A model generated the notes under the pieces. That model was not told where the DNA came from. It saw only the letters and a program-made list of their open reading frames with translations, and ran no database searches. Both the position numbers and the translations under genes were made by a program. Shown piece after piece: positions 36,629-49,368 of a DNA stretch of 64,000 bases. Source of the DNA: an uncultured Candidatus Rokubacteria bacterium (GTDB taxonomy: Bacteria; Methylomirabilota; Methylomirabilia; Rokubacteriales; DASRDR01); the NCBI GenBank assembly GCA_963826115.1, contig CAWGVS010000012.1, positions 512,001 to 576,000 on the forward strand. The letters are read 5' to 3'. The first letter of the stretch is position 1, and each line of letters begins with the position of its first letter.

Positions 36629-38428
36629 ATGGAGACTCGGCCCGACCTCCGCAATGTCGCCATCATCGCGCACGTCGACCACGGCAAGACGACCCTGGTC
36701 GACGCGATGCTCTGGCAGGGCGGCATCTTCCGCGCGAACGAGTCCGTGCCCGAGCGGATCATGGACTCGATCGACCTCGAGCGGGAGAAGGGCATCACGA
36801 TCATGGCCAAGAACACCGCGATCACCTATCGCGGCCTGAAGATCAACATCGTCGACACCCCCGGGCACGCGGACTTCGGCGGCGAGGTCGAGCGGACGCT
36901 GACCCTGGTCGACGGCGTCCTCCTGCTGGTCGACGCCGCGGAGGGGCCGCTCCCCCAGACCCGGTTCGTGCTGCGGAAGGCGCTCGAGGCGGGGCTCCCG
37001 CCGGTGGTCGTGATCAACAAGATCGACCGCGCGGACGCGCGGCCCGCCCAGGTGCTCGACGAGATCTACGACCTGTTCATCGACCTCGAGGCCGACGAGA
37101 GCCAGCTGGACTTCCCGGTGCTGTACACCGACGCCCGGCGCGGCACCGCCACCCGCCGCCTCGACGAGCCCGGCCGCACCCTCGAGCCCCTGTTCGAGGC
37201 GCTCCTCGCCACGGTGCCCGCCCCCCACTACGACCCCACGATGGGGCTCCAGCTCCGCGCGGCCAGCCTCGACTGGGACGACTACGTCGGGCGGCTCGTG
37301 ATCGGCCGCGTCACCAACGGCACGATCCGAGCCACCGACCGCGTCGCGGTCGTCCGCCGCTCAGGCGCCGTCGAGCCCGCCAAGCTGACGGTGGTCTACG
37401 TGTACGAGGGCCTCCGGCGGGTCGAGGTGGCCGAGGCCGGCCCCGGAGAGATCGTCGCGGTCGCGGGCATCGAGGCGATGGACATCGGGGAGACGCTCGC
37501 CGATCCGGAGCGGCCGGTCGCGCTCCCGCCGATCCACATCGACGAGCCGACGGTCGCCATGCTGTTCTCGTCGAACGTGTCGCCGTTCGCGGGGCGCGAC
37601 GGCAAGTTCGTCACGTCCCGGCACCTCCGCGAGCGCCTCTTCAAGGAGGCGCGCACCAACGTGGCCATCCGGATCGAGGAGACCGACACGCCGGACACGT
37701 TCCGCGTGTCCGGGCGCGGCGAGCTCCAGCTCGCGATCCTGATCGAGATGATCCGGCGCGAGTCGTACGAGCTCGAGGTCGGGCAGCCCGAGGTCATCAC
37801 GCGGACGGAGGACGGCCAGCTCCTCGAGCCCATGGAGCACCTCGTCGTCGACTGCCCCGAGGACTACATCGGCGTCGTCACCCAGAAGGTCGGGGGGCGC
37901 CGCGGCCAGATGGTCAAGATGACGAACCACGGGACGGGCCGGGTGCGCCTGGAGTACCGGATCCCCGCGCGGGGTCTGATCGGCTACCGCTCGGAGTTCC
38001 TGACGGACACGCGCGGCACCGGGCTCCTCAACCACCTGTTCGACGGCTGGGCGCCCTGGCACGGGGAGATCCCGCGCCGGACGACGGGCGCCCTCGTGGC
38101 GGATCGCGAGGGCCGCGCGACCGGCTACGCCATCGACCACCTCCAGCCGCGCGGCACCTTCTTCGTGCGACCGGGCGATCCCGTCTACGAGGGCCAGGTC
38201 GTCGGCGAGCACGTCCGGGAGAACGACCTCGACGTGAACGTGACGAAGGAAAAGAAGCTGACGAACATGCGCGCGTCCACCTCCGACGAGGGCATTCGCT
38301 TGGCGCCGCCGCGCGTCCTGAGCCTTGAGCAGTGCCTCGAGTGGATCCGGGACGACGAGCTGCTCGAGGTGACGCCGACCGCCTTGCGCATCCGCAAGAA
38401 AGCGCTGGTTGCCCGGCGACGCTTCTAG
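36629..38428 (+). CDS. typA: Translational GTPase TypA/BipA
   Basis: [42 protein letters not shown]. Confidence 0.97.
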   Translation: METRPDLRNVAIIAHVDHGKTTLVDAMLWQGGIFRANESVPERIMDSIDLEREKGITIMAKNTAITYRGLKINIVDTPGHADFGGEVERTLTLVDGVLLLVDAAEGPLPQTRFVLRKALEAGLPPVVVINKIDRADARPAQVLDEIYDLFIDLEADESQLDFPVLYTDARRGTATRRLDEPGRTLEPLFEALLATVPAPHYDPTMGLQLRAASLDWDDYVGRLVIGRVTNGTIRATDRVAVVRRSGAVEPAKLTVVYVYEGLRRVEVAEAGPGEIVAVAGIEAMDIGETLADPERPVALPPIHIDEPTVAMLFSSNVSPFAGRDGKFVTSRHLRERLFKEARTNVAIRIEETDTPDTFRVSGRGELQLAILIEMIRRESYELEVGQPEVITRTEDGQLLEPMEHLVVDCPEDYIGVVTQKVGGRRGQMVKMTNHGTGRVRLEYRIPARGLIGYRSEFLTDTRGTGLLNHLFDGWAPWHGEIPRRTTGALVADREGRATGYAIDHLQPRGTFFVRPGDPVYEGQVVGEHVRENDLDVNVTKEKKLTNMRASTSDEGIRLAPPRVLSLEQCLEWIRDDELLEVTPTALRIRKKALVARRRF

Positions 38429-39578
38429 GGCCGCGCGGAGCCTCGTCCCGCTCGTCGGCCTCGTCCTGCTTCTCGTCCTGCCCGCCGCGCCCGCCCGGGC
38501 GCAGCCCGATCCCGAGCCGCGCGCGTACCTGGAGGTGGGCGTCGAGGCGCCGCTCAAGGGCAACGCGTCGGTCACCGGCTCGGGCTACGCCTTCTTCCTC
38601 TGGAACCAGCCGCACTTCCCGGAGCCCGATCAGTACCTCCGCGTGGTGCTGTCGCCGACCTACCTCCTCTCGGAGCTCGTGGTGGACCACTGGCCCTTCG
38701 GGCGCCACGCCGTCAGCATCGGGCTGAACGGCGGCGGCTTCCGGTTCGGACACGAGGAGTTCCGGCACGGCAGCTACCAGGCCGAGGAGTCCTTCTGGGG
38801 CCACGGCGCCGAGATGCCGATCTCCTACTACGCGGGCACGAAGCTCTTCGACAAGCTTCCCCTCCAGGGCCAGATCCGCGTCACCCCGGCGTTCGTCGTC
38901 TACCAGGACTCGTTCGACACCGACGACCGCTTCGGGTTGCCGCCGGACACCGGGCTCGTCACGGGCCGGGTGGGCCTCCGCCTCGGCGGGGTGCCGCCGG
39001 AGCTCTTGCCGAAGCTCGCGCTCGAGGCCTCGGCGTGGTACGAGGCGACGTACCGGTCCAACACCGGGACCTTCGGCCTCCCCGACCGCCCGGAACGGCT
39101 GGAGTCCCTGACGCAGCGGGCGTGGGGCCGCCTGGCCGGCGTCTTCATCCCGGCCGAGGGGCACACGCTCGACGTCACGGTCACGGCCGGCCTGTCGCAC
39201 GACGTCGACCTCCTCTCGAGCTACCGGCTGGGCAGCTCGCTCCCGTTCCGGAGCGAGTTCCCGCTGATCCTCCACGGCTACTTCGTCGAGGAGATCTTCG
39301 CCAAGCGCTTCTGGCTGGTGAACGCGTCCTACCGCTTCCCGGCGTGGCCGGGCTCGCGCAAGGTGACGCTCCGGATCGCGGCCGACATGGCGGGCGTCGA
39401 GTACGTCGACGGGCACAAGCTCCCGCGGGAGCATCTCCGCGGGGTCGGCGTGGACCTCTCGGTCGCGGTCACGCCGCGCGTGACGGTGGTCGTCGGCTAC
39501 GGCTACGGCCTCGACGCGCCCCGGAACGGGGGCTTCGGCGGCCACGAGGCCAGCGCGCTGGTCGAGCTGAAGTTCTGA
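38409..39578 (+). CDS. Putative outer-membrane beta-barrel protein
   Basis: Signal peptide (PARA-Q), alternating amphipathic strands, C-terminal ALVELKF. Confidence 0.72.
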   Translation: MPGDASRAARSLVPLVGLVLLLVLPAAPARAQPDPEPRAYLEVGVEAPLKGNASVTGSGYAFFLWNQPHFPEPDQYLRVVLSPTYLLSELVVDHWPFGRHAVSIGLNGGGFRFGHEEFRHGSYQAEESFWGHGAEMPISYYAGTKLFDKLPLQGQIRVTPAFVVYQDSFDTDDRFGLPPDTGLVTGRVGLRLGGVPPELLPKLALEASAWYEATYRSNTGTFGLPDRPERLESLTQRAWGRLAGVFIPAEGHTLDVTVTAGLSHDVDLLSSYRLGSSLPFRSEFPLILHGYFVEEIFAKRFWLVNASYRFPAWPGSRKVTLRIAADMAGVEYVDGHKLPREHLRGVGVDLSVAVTPRVTVVVGYGYGLDAPRNGGFGGHEASALVELKF

Positions 39579-39579
39579 G

Positions 39580-41013
39580 CTAGACCGCCGGCGGCCCGGG
39601 CGGGGCGGCGGCGCCCGGGGCGGTCCCGGGCCGGCGGCGACGGCGCCGGCGGCGCGGCGCGCCCTCGGACCCGGGCGCGGGCGGGCCGGACCGGGCCGGC
39701 GCGGGGGGCGGGCTGTCCCGACGAGGCCCCTCCATCGGCCGGCCCGACGGAGGACGGCGCGGCGGGCCGCCGGGGCGCGCGCCGCGGCCCCCGAATCCGG
39801 CGCGGCGCGCCTCGCGCGCCTCGGCCGCCCGGCGGCGCTCCTCGGCCGTGGGCTTGATCTCCGGGAGGAACATGTCGTCCTCCGCCCACTCGACCTGGAT
39901 GCGCTGCCCGATGAAGCGCTCGACCGCCTCGAGCGAGAAGGCGCTCGCCTCGTCGACGAGGCTGATGGCCTTCCCCGAGGCGCCGGCGCGCGCCGTCCGG
40001 CCGATCCGGTGGACGTAGTCCTCGGCGTCCTGCGGCAGGTCCCAGTTGAAGACGTGGGTGACGTCGGGGATGTGGAGCCCCCGCGAGGCCACGTCGGTGG
40101 CCACCAGGATGCGCACGCTCCCGTCCTTGAACCCCTCGAGCGTCTTCAGGCGCTTCCGCTGGTCCACGTCGCCGCTCAGCGCGCGCGCCGCGTGGCCGTT
40201 CCGCTCGAGCCGCTCCACCAGGCGGTGGACCTCGTCCCGCGTGTTGGTGAAGATGAGGGTCCGCCCCCCCTGCTCCGCCGCGAGCAGGCCCAGCAGGAGG
40301 CCGAACTTCTCGTGGCGCCCCGCGTGATACAGCCGCTGCTCCACCCGCTCCACGGTCACCTGCTCCGGCGACACGGTGATCTGGGCCGGGTTGTTCATGA
40401 ACTCGTAGGTGAGCTCGAGGACACGGAAGGACAGCGTGGCGGAGAAGAGGAACGACTGCCGGGTCTCGGGGGGCGGAAGCCGCCGGAGGATCCAGCGGAT
40501 GTCGGCGATGAAGCCCATGTCGAACATCCGGTCCGCCTCGTCGAGGACCAGCACCTCGACCCGGGCCGGCGACCACGCCCGCTGCTTCAGGTAGTCGATC
40601 AGCCGCCCCGGCGTCCCGATGAGGAGGTCGATCGGCTCCTGGAGCGAGTCCCGCTGCTTGACGTAGTCCACCCCGCCGAAGACCAGCGCCGAGCGGAGGC
40701 CCGTGAACTCACCGAGCTGGCGCGCGTCCGCGTCGATCTGGACGACGAGCTCCCGCGTGGGCGCCATGATCAGGGCGCGCGGCGAGCCCTCGCGGGGCCC
40801 CGCCGGCGGGTGGCGGAGGAGCCGCGTGAACGTCGAGATCAGGAACGCCGCGGTCTTGCCCGTCCCGGTCTGCGCCTGCCCCGCCACGTCCTTGCCGCGG
40901 AGGGCCACCGGGAGCGTCGCTTCCTGGATGGGCGTCGCGGTCGTGAAGCCCGCGGCCTGGATGCCGGCCTGGACCTCGGCGGGCAGGTCGAGCTCGGCGA
41001 ACCGCATCGCCAT
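39580..41013 (-). CDS. DEAD-box RNA helicase (RhlB-like)
   Basis: AQTGTGKT, PTREL, DEAD, SAT, HRIGRTAR; basic C-terminal tail. Confidence 0.93.
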   Translation of the reverse strand: MAMRFAELDLPAEVQAGIQAAGFTTATPIQEATLPVALRGKDVAGQAQTGTGKTAAFLISTFTRLLRHPPAGPREGSPRALIMAPTRELVVQIDADARQLGEFTGLRSALVFGGVDYVKQRDSLQEPIDLLIGTPGRLIDYLKQRAWSPARVEVLVLDEADRMFDMGFIADIRWILRRLPPPETRQSFLFSATLSFRVLELTYEFMNNPAQITVSPEQVTVERVEQRLYHAGRHEKFGLLLGLLAAEQGGRTLIFTNTRDEVHRLVERLERNGHAARALSGDVDQRKRLKTLEGFKDGSVRILVATDVASRGLHIPDVTHVFNWDLPQDAEDYVHRIGRTARAGASGKAISLVDEASAFSLEAVERFIGQRIQVEWAEDDMFLPEIKPTAEERRRAAEAREARRAGFGGRGARPGGPPRRPPSGRPMEGPRRDSPPPAPARSGPPAPGSEGAPRRRRRRRRPGTAPGAAAPPGPPAV

Positions 41014-41783
41014 CAGGCGGCCGCGACCTTCTTGCGGCGCCCGAACAGCCGGGCGCACACGATGCCCGCCTCGTAGAGGAGCACCAGCGGGCCCGCCATC
41101 AGGAGCTGGTTGAAGGCGTCCGGCGTCGGCGTCAGGATCGCGGCCGCGACGAAGCACAGCAGGATGGCGTACTTCCGGTTCTTCGACAGGAACTCCGGCG
41201 TGACCAGTCCGAGGCGCGCGCCGAGCGTGAGCGCGAGCGGCAGCTCGAACACGAGGCCGAAGGCCAGCGCGAACTTCAGCACGAAGTCGACGTACCGGTT
41301 GACCGAGAGCGTGGGCACGAGGTTCTGGGTCTTGTAGCTCACCAGGAACTTCACCGCGAACGGGATGATGATCTTGAGGGCGAAGGTCACGCCGATGAAG
41401 AACATGAGGGTCGAGAGCACCACGAACGGGAGCGCGAACTTCCGCTCGTGCGGGAGGAGCCCCGGCGCGATGAACGCCCACACCTGGTAGAGGAGCACCG
41501 GCAGGACCAGGAACGCGCCCGCGATGAGGGCGACCTTCATGTTGACCCAGAACGGCTCCGTCGGCTCGAGGAAGACGAGCTTGACGGGCTCGACCGGCTG
41601 CGCCAGGTACGTGATGATGCGCTCGGAGAAGCTGAAGGTCGCGGCGAAGCCGATCCCCAGCGCGATGAGCGCCACCATGATCCGCTGCCGCAGCTCGCCC
41701 AGGTGGGCGAGGAACGGCATGCGGCCCTCCTCGACGTCCTGGGAGTCCGCGCCCGGGGGGAGGGCCTTCCGGAAGAACATCAC
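41013..41783 (-). CDS. tatC: Twin-arginine translocase subunit TatC
   Basis: HLGELR.R, FIAPGL..HE, FELP, AAILTPTPD. Confidence 0.95.
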   Translation of the reverse strand: MMFFRKALPPGADSQDVEEGRMPFLAHLGELRQRIMVALIALGIGFAATFSFSERIITYLAQPVEPVKLVFLEPTEPFWVNMKVALIAGAFLVLPVLLYQVWAFIAPGLLPHERKFALPFVVLSTLMFFIGVTFALKIIIPFAVKFLVSYKTQNLVPTLSVNRYVDFVLKFALAFGLVFELPLALTLGARLGLVTPEFLSKNRKYAILLCFVAAAILTPTPDAFNQLLMAGPLVLLYEAGIVCARLFGRRKKVAAA

Positions 41784-42508
41784 TCGGCCGGATCGGGGGT
41801 CGCGCCCGACTCGCGCGGATTGACCACGAGCGTGACCTCGCCCCGGACGCCCGCGGCGGCCAGCGCCGTCCGGAGGCCGCTCGCCGACCCCCGGCGGAAC
41901 TCCTCGAACCGCTTCGTCACCTCGCGCGCGACCACGACCTCCGCCTCGCCGAAGACGGTCTCGATGGCCTCGAGCGTGGCGAGGAGACGGTGCGGGCTCT
42001 CGTAGAGCACGACCGGGCGCTCGAGGGCCGCGAGCTCGCGCAGGCGAGAGAGACGGCGGCCGGGCTTCACCGGGAGGAACCCCTCGAACACGAACCGGTC
42101 GGCGGGGACGCCCGCCGCCGACAGCGCCGCGACGAGGGCGGAGGCGCCCGGGACGGGCACCACAGGGACGCCCGCGTCGCGGCAGAGCCGGACCAGGCGG
42201 AAGCCCGGGTCCGACACCCCGGGGGTCCCGGCGTCGGTCACGAGCGCGATCCGCGCGCCGGTCTGGAGCCGGCGCAAGAGCTCGGGCCCGCGGCGCGCCT
42301 GGTTGTGCTCGAAGTACGAGACGAGCGGCGCCCGGACCCCGTACGCCTGGAGGAGGCCCCGGGTCCGCCGCGTGTCCTCGGCCGCCACGAGGTCCACCTC
42401 GCGCAGCACCCGGAGCGCGCGCAGCGTGATGTCCTCGAGGTTACCGATGGGGGTCGCGACGACGAACAGGGTGCCCGCCGGCAGCGGGGCCGGCGCCGCC
42501 GGGAGCAC
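41780..42508 (-). CDS. rsmI: 16S rRNA C1402 2'-O-methyltransferase
   Basis: VATPIGNLEDIT.RAL, AEDTR, DAGTPGVSDPG, YESPHR, RE.TK.FEE; start uncertain (GTG 42508 or CTG 42574). Confidence 0.93.
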   Translation of the reverse strand: MLPAAPAPLPAGTLFVVATPIGNLEDITLRALRVLREVDLVAAEDTRRTRGLLQAYGVRAPLVSYFEHNQARRGPELLRRLQTGARIALVTDAGTPGVSDPGFRLVRLCRDAGVPVVPVPGASALVAALSAAGVPADRFVFEGFLPVKPGRRLSRLRELAALERPVVLYESPHRLLATLEAIETVFGEAEVVVAREVTKRFEEFRRGSASGLRTALAAAGVRGEVTLVVNPRESGATPDPAE

Positions 42509-42570
42509 GCCCTCGTCGCCCGGCGCCGGCGCGGGAGCCGCCGGGACGGCCAGGGCCGATCCCGGCCCGC

Positions 42571-43821
<1,251 letters not shown>

Positions 43822-43840
43822 GCGCTCCCTCCGGGCCCGC

Positions 43841-44470
43841 CTAGCTCCGCCGGCCGTCGCCCGCCGTGGGCGCCGCCCGGAGCACCGGGGTGTGGGAGAC
43901 GATCACCTGGTCCACGATCCCGTACTCCTTGGCCTGCTCGGCGGTCATGAAGAAGTCGCGGTCGGTGTCCTTCGAGATCCGCTCCAGCGACTGGCCCGTG
44001 TGGTGCAGCAGGATCCGGTTCAGCTCGTCGCGGATGCGCAGGATCTCCCGCGCCTGGATGTCGATGTCGGTCGCCTGGCCCTGCACCCCCGCCAGCGGCT
44101 GGTGGATCATGATCCGCGAGTGGGGAAGGGCGAACCGCTTGCCCTTGGCGCCCGCGCACAGGAGCAGCGCCCCCATCGACGCCGCCTGCCCCATGCAGAT
44201 CGTCGAGACGGCGGGCTTCACGTACTGCATCGTGTCGTAGATCGCCATGCCCGCCGTCACCGACCCGCCCGGGCTGTTCACGTAGAGGTAGACGTCCTTG
44301 TCGGGATCCTCGGCCTCCAGAAACAGCATCTGCGCGATGACCAGGTTGGCCATGTCGTCTTCGATGTAGCTGGGGAGGAAGATGATGCGCTCCTTGAGGA
44401 GCCGCGAGAAGATATCGTACGCGCGCTCGCCGCGCGGCGTCTGCTCGACAACCATGGGAATGAGTGCCAC
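43841..44470 (-). CDS. clpP: Clp protease proteolytic subunit
   Basis: [23 protein letters not shown]; AGGAGG RBS before GTG. Confidence 0.97.
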   Translation of the reverse strand: MALIPMVVEQTPRGERAYDIFSRLLKERIIFLPSYIEDDMANLVIAQMLFLEAEDPDKDVYLYVNSPGGSVTAGMAIYDTMQYVKPAVSTICMGQAASMGALLLCAGAKGKRFALPHSRIMIHQPLAGVQGQATDIDIQAREILRIRDELNRILLHHTGQSLERISKDTDRDFFMTAEQAKEYGIVDQVIVSHTPVLRAAPTAGDGRRS

Positions 44471-44507
44471 AGAGCCTCCTACCCGGCCCGACGTCCCGTC
44501 GGGCGCT

Positions 44508-45812
44508 TCAACGATCTGATTCGGGGCCCGAGTCGGCCGAGGGGGCCGGCTCGATCTTCGCGTGCTCGATGAGGAATGCCACGGTCTTCGCCTCGCGGAG
44601 CGAGAGCCGGAGGCCGGCCAGGTCGCCGCCCCGCTCGAGGAGGCTCCGGATGACCTGGGGCGGGCGGCCCGACTCCTCGGCCAGGCGCGCCACCTCGGCG
44701 TCCACGTCCGCGTCGCTGATGGCCAGCTCCTCGCGCCCGGCGATCGCCTCCAGGAGGAGCGCGCGCCGTACCGACCGCTCGGCGTCGGGCCGGAGCTCGG
44801 CCGACAGCTTCTGGTAGTCCCAGCGGACGGCATCCGGGTCGACGCCCTGCCGGCGCAGGTTCTCGCGGGCGTGGCCGATCCGGTGGGAGACCTCGCGGAT
44901 GACCAGGCTCTCCGGCACCACGAACTCGTGGCGGGCCAGCACCGCGTCCACCACGGCCTCCTCGAGCCCCTGCCGGTCCTGGCGCGCGCCGTCCGCCTCG
45001 AGGCGGGCCCGGACCGCGTCCCGCAGCTCGGCGAGCGTCTCGTGCGTGCCAAGCCCCCGGGCCAGCTCGTCGTCGATCGGCGGCACTTCCTTTTCCTTCA
45101 CCTCGACGACCCGGAGCGTGAGGTCGCCCGGCCGGCCCCGGAGCTCCTCGCGCGGGTGCGTGTCGGGGAACCGCACCTGGACCCGTCGCTCCTCGCCGGC
45201 CTCGAGCCCGATCACCGCCTCGTCCATCTCGGGCAGCACGCGGCCGCCGCCGACCTCGAAGGCGTACCCCTGCTCGCGCCGCGGCTCGCCTCCCTCCGGG
45301 TGGAGCTCGTAGTCGACCACCACGAAGTCGCCGACCCGCGCCGGGCGCGTGGCCGTCACGAGCGTCGCCCGCTGCTCCGCGATGGCGCCGAGCGTCCGTT
45401 CCACGTCGGCCTCGGTCACGGGCCGGGGCGAGTGCCGGGCGGTGACGTCACGGTACTCCCCGAGGGCGATGGCGGGCTTGATCTCGACCACCGCGGTGAA
45501 GCGGAGGGGCCGCCCCTCCTCCAGCTCGAGCTCCCGGAACTCCGGGTCCTCGACCGGCCGGAGCTGCGCCTCGTCCACCGCGCGGCGGTAGACCGCCGGG
45601 ATCAGCGCCTCGGCGACGGCCTGGCGGACCTCGTCCCCGAACCGGGACCGCACGAGGGGCATGGGGACCTTGCCCCGGCGGAAGCCCGGGAGCCGGGCGT
45701 CCCGCTGGACCCGGTCGCACGCCGCCGTGAAGGCCGCCCGGACTTCTTCCTCGGGGGCCTCGACGACCAGCTGCCGCTTACACGGATCGAGCTCTTGAAT
45801 CTCGACTTTCAT
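44508..45812 (-). CDS. tig: Trigger factor
   Basis: PGFRRGKVP signature; tig-clpP-clpX order. Confidence 0.95.
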   Translation of the reverse strand: MKVEIQELDPCKRQLVVEAPEEEVRAAFTAACDRVQRDARLPGFRRGKVPMPLVRSRFGDEVRQAVAEALIPAVYRRAVDEAQLRPVEDPEFRELELEEGRPLRFTAVVEIKPAIALGEYRDVTARHSPRPVTEADVERTLGAIAEQRATLVTATRPARVGDFVVVDYELHPEGGEPRREQGYAFEVGGGRVLPEMDEAVIGLEAGEERRVQVRFPDTHPREELRGRPGDLTLRVVEVKEKEVPPIDDELARGLGTHETLAELRDAVRARLEADGARQDRQGLEEAVVDAVLARHEFVVPESLVIREVSHRIGHARENLRRQGVDPDAVRWDYQKLSAELRPDAERSVRRALLLEAIAGREELAISDADVDAEVARLAEESGRPPQVIRSLLERGGDLAGLRLSLREAKTVAFLIEHAKIEPAPSADSGPESDR

Positions 45813-45845
45813 CAGGTGGACCGTGCCATTGTCCTAGGCGAGATG

Positions 45846-45933
<88 letters not shown>

Positions 45934-46037
45934 CGTTCGGGTGTCGCGGCGGCCTCGACCTCCCTGCCCCGCGCGTGATCTCGTGCCGACCTGGAGGAGT
46001 ATACCGGACGGGGGGACCCCCGGCAAGAAACCGCGTC

Positions 46038-46859
46038 TCAGGCGCCGTTCCAGGGCGTGCTGCGAATGCTGACGGCGAGTCGATGGCGATCGCCGGGCGC
46101 GAGAGTGACGGCGCCGGCGCCGACGTTCCCCGACTCGACGCAGAGGAACGCGGGCCACTCGTCGTCTCGGAGGTCGGGCAGGACTCGCGCGCGCGCCGGG
46201 CCCGGGTTCCACACGACGGTCGCCATGGAGCCGGTCTTGGCCACCCTCAGGTGGCGCCGCGCGCCCGGATCCTCCACCACGCACGTCGCGGCCGACTCGG
46301 CATACACCCGGTCCGTCTCGCCCCGGATGCGGAGCGGCGTCGGCTCGCCCCGTTTCCGCGTGAAGCCGTCCGCCTCGTCGAGAAACTCGGCGCCCTCCAG
46401 GCCGGCCACGGACACCTCCGCGACGTCGGTCACGGCGAGATACGTGTGGAGCGCCTCCTCGAACGTCACCGGCGCCGGCCCGCGGTTGTCGACCTCGAGC
46501 GCGAGCCGGAGGGCGTCTCCGATTTCCACGTGGTAGCGCAGGCGGCAGCCCGCCGGCCACGCCGGCTCCGTCACGGGCGCGAGCCCGAAGGTGAGCTGGA
46601 CGACGCCCGCCGCGTCCGCGCGGGCGCCCTCGAGGTCCCACGGAACGAGCCGCGCCAGCCCGTGCAGCGGCGCCGCGGGCTCGCCGGCCTTCCGCCCGAA
46701 CCACGGGAAGGCGAGCGGGATCCCGCCGCGGATCGGGAGGCCCGGGGCGAAGCGGCTCGTTTCGCTCAGGAAGAGGACCGGCGCGCCCCCGCGCGGCGCG
46801 TAGGCGGTGACGTGGGCGCCCTGGAGGTAGATCTCGGCCAGCGCGAGGGCCGTCGTCAC
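46038..46859 (-). CDS. D-hexose-6-phosphate mutarotase (aldose 1-epimerase family)
   Basis: GAHVT, IRGGIP..FPWF, HGLAR, LHTY, VVWNP, FLCVE; true start probably further upstream. Confidence 0.9.
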   Translation of the reverse strand: MTTALALAEIYLQGAHVTAYAPRGGAPVLFLSETSRFAPGLPIRGGIPLAFPWFGRKAGEPAAPLHGLARLVPWDLEGARADAAGVVQLTFGLAPVTEPAWPAGCRLRYHVEIGDALRLALEVDNRGPAPVTFEEALHTYLAVTDVAEVSVAGLEGAEFLDEADGFTRKRGEPTPLRIRGETDRVYAESAATCVVEDPGARRHLRVAKTGSMATVVWNPGPARARVLPDLRDDEWPAFLCVESGNVGAGAVTLAPGDRHRLAVSIRSTPWNGA

Positions 46860-46956
46860 CTCGACGCGCGGGAGGCCGCCACGCCCGACCGTGAGCCGGA
46901 CCCCGGGCGGGAGCGTCCCGCCGCCGCCCAGGGTGCCTATGCCGCGGGGGCCGGCC

Positions 46957-47709
46957 TCACTCGGCCGGCGCGTAGAGACGGATCGACACGCGCCGATTCT
47001 GGTCCCGGCCCTGCTTGGTCTTGTTGTCCGCCACCGGCCGGATGTCCCCGAGCCCGATCGAGTGGATCCGCGGGAGCTCGACGCCCTTCTCCACCAGGAA
47101 CCGCCGCACCGCCTCGGCGCGGCGCTGGCTGAGCTGGATGTTGTAGGGCACGGTGCCGATGGTGTCGGTGAACCCTTCGAGCTCGATGGAGAGCTGCGGC
47201 TGCTCCTGGAGCTGCTTGGCGAGGGCGAGGAGCTGCGTCTGCGCCCCGTCGTTCAGCATCCACTTGTCGAAGTCGAACTGGACGACGATGGTGTCGGTGA
47301 GCGTCCGCTTGTCCCGATTCGCCCAGAGCTTCGTCAGGCGCTGGTCGGTGTCGGTCGCCTTCCCGAGCGCCTCCTTCGCGGTGGCGCCCGCGGCATCGGC
47401 CCGCGTCGCCGCCTCGGTCGCCTTCACGTTGGCCTCGTCGGCCTTGCCGACGGCCCGGCTCGCCGCCGCGGCCGCCTCCTGGGCCTTCTTGTCCGCGTCC
47501 TCGCTGGCGGCCTTCGTCGCGCCGAGATCCTTCTGGAGCGTGTCCACGCGGGCCTTCTCGTCACTGAGCGTCTTGTCGACGCGGCCGACCTCGGCCCCGG
47601 TCCGCTGCTGGCTCTTGGCGACTTCCTCCTGGACGAACTTCTTCGTGGCGCAACCCGTCACGAGCAGAGCGCTGCCCAGGAGACTCCCGATCACCATCCG
47701 CCACGTCAT
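46957..47709 (-). CDS. OmpA-family lipoprotein with coiled-coil linker
   Basis: Lipobox VTGC; FDFDK, EGFTD..G...YN..LSQRRA, NRRV. Confidence 0.9.
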   Translation of the reverse strand: MTWRMVIGSLLGSALLVTGCATKKFVQEEVAKSQQRTGAEVGRVDKTLSDEKARVDTLQKDLGATKAASEDADKKAQEAAAAASRAVGKADEANVKATEAATRADAAGATAKEALGKATDTDQRLTKLWANRDKRTLTDTIVVQFDFDKWMLNDGAQTQLLALAKQLQEQPQLSIELEGFTDTIGTVPYNIQLSQRRAEAVRRFLVEKGVELPRIHSIGLGDIRPVADNKTKQGRDQNRRVSIRLYAPAE

Positions 47710-47937
47710 GACCGCGCCCCCTCTTCCTCCGGAATTACGCCATCGCGCCGCCGGCCACGCCGGCGCTCTCCTGGCGCCGAGCCTGCCGGGCCCTCGCTCC
47801 GCTTGCCCCCGGAACCCCGTCGAGGCCCGGGCCGAACGATTACACCACAGGGGCCACCCGCCGGGCCAGGTGGCTTCCCGGGGCCCCCACGACCCCTGCC
47901 GGACCACGCCCGCGCCCGGGTCAGCGGTCGGCGCCGG

Positions 47938-48174
47938 TCAGAATCCCTCGCGCCGGGCCCCACGACCGGCCTCGGCCGCCTTGATCTCCTCGGAGAACAT
48001 CCCCAGGTTGAGCGGGCAGGGCGGCTCGTTCGCCTCGACGTACTGGCACTCCGTCTGGTCGCACTGGACGAAGTAGCCCATCCGGCGCATGAGGTGGGTC
48101 GGCCGGGTCAGCTTGATGAGGACGGCCTCCGACACGACGGGACACCAGAACTCGCGGGGGCGCGTCCAGCGCAT
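47938..48174 (-). CDS. Small four-cysteine hypothetical protein (78 aa)
   Basis: GAGGAG/AGGAG RBS, upstream TATCCT -10, typical codon usage. Confidence 0.68.
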   Translation of the reverse strand: MRWTRPREFWCPVVSEAVLIKLTRPTHLMRRMGYFVQCDQTECQYVEANEPPCPLNLGMFSEEIKAAEAGRGARREGF

Positions 48175-48309
48175 GACTGGCTCCTGCTCCTCACCTGGGG
48201 GGGTCGAGCGGGTCCGGCGCCTCGGCGGGCGCGCGGCGCTCCTCGCGGCGTCCCCCAGGGCGCGAAATCTGGCGGGACCACGCGGAGGATAGCACACCCC
48301 GGCAGCCCG

Positions 48310-49254
48310 TCAGCCGCCGGCCACGCCCTGCGTGTTCACGTAGAGCGCATAGAGGCTGTGGCTGGCCGCCATGAAGAGGCGGTTCCGGTGGCGGCCGCCG
48401 AAGCACACGTTGGCGCAGCGCTCGGGCAGGTCGATGTGGCCGATCGGCTGACCCCCCGGCGCGAAGACGCGCACGCCGTCCAGGCCGGCCTCGCCCATCC
48501 CCCAGCCGCACCAGAGGTTGCCGTCCACGTCCACGCGGAACCCGTCGGGCGCGCCCCCCGGCCCCGCGTCGATGAGGAGCCGTCCGTTGGCGAGCTTCGT
48601 GCCGCCCGCGACCACGTCGTAGGCGAGGATCGTCCGGTGCGGCATCGCGCGCGAGGCCACCACGTAGAGGGTTCGCTCGTCGGGCGAGAAGGCGAGCCCG
48701 TTGGGTCCCGGGATGTCGTCCGCCATCACGGCGAGCTGGCCGGTCTGGACGTCCAGCCGGTAGACGGCGGGCGTGTTCTCCGACTCGTCCTTGTGCCCCT
48801 CGTAGTAGCCGAGGATGCCGAACACGGGGTCGGTGAACCAGACCGCGCCGTCGCGCGCCACCACGACGTCGTTCGGCGAGTTGAGCTTCCGGCCGCGATA
48901 GGCGTTGGCCAGCACCGTGACGGAGCCGTCGTACTCGGTGCGCGTGACACGCCGCGTGTCGTGCTCACACGTGACGAGACGCCCCTGGCGATCGCGCGTG
49001 TTGCCGTTCGCGTTGCTCGAGGGCTTGCGGAACACCGACACCGCGCCGGTCTCCTCGTCCCACCGGAGGATCCGGTTGTTCGGGATGTCGCTCCACAGGA
49101 GGTAGCGCCCGTCGCCGACCCATACCGGCCCCTCGGACCACCGGCAGCCCGTGTAGAGCCGCTCGACCGAGGCCAGCATCAGCCGGTACTGGTTGAAGGC
49201 CGGGTCCAGCACCCGCACCGCCGGGTCCGGGTAACGCTCGCTCGGCTGCCACAT
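48310..49254 (-). CDS. SMP-30/gluconolactonase family protein
   Basis: WSEGPVW, SDIPNNR, LNSPND, FTDP, PNGLAFSPDE, PDG..VD..GN. Confidence 0.92.
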   Translation of the reverse strand: MWQPSERYPDPAVRVLDPAFNQYRLMLASVERLYTGCRWSEGPVWVGDGRYLLWSDIPNNRILRWDEETGAVSVFRKPSSNANGNTRDRQGRLVTCEHDTRRVTRTEYDGSVTVLANAYRGRKLNSPNDVVVARDGAVWFTDPVFGILGYYEGHKDESENTPAVYRLDVQTGQLAVMADDIPGPNGLAFSPDERTLYVVASRAMPHRTILAYDVVAGGTKLANGRLLIDAGPGGAPDGFRVDVDGNLWCGWGMGEAGLDGVRVFAPGGQPIGHIDLPERCANVCFGGRHRNRLFMAASHSLYALYVNTQGVAGG

Positions 49255-49368
49255 GGGTCGTCTCCGCGCTGGGGGTTGGGGCTCGGGTCCCGCCATTCTA
49301 CTCAGGCGGGGCCGCGAGCGGGCCCCCCGGAGCGGCGGGCTCGCGCCTGTGATAGTAGATGAGTGCCC

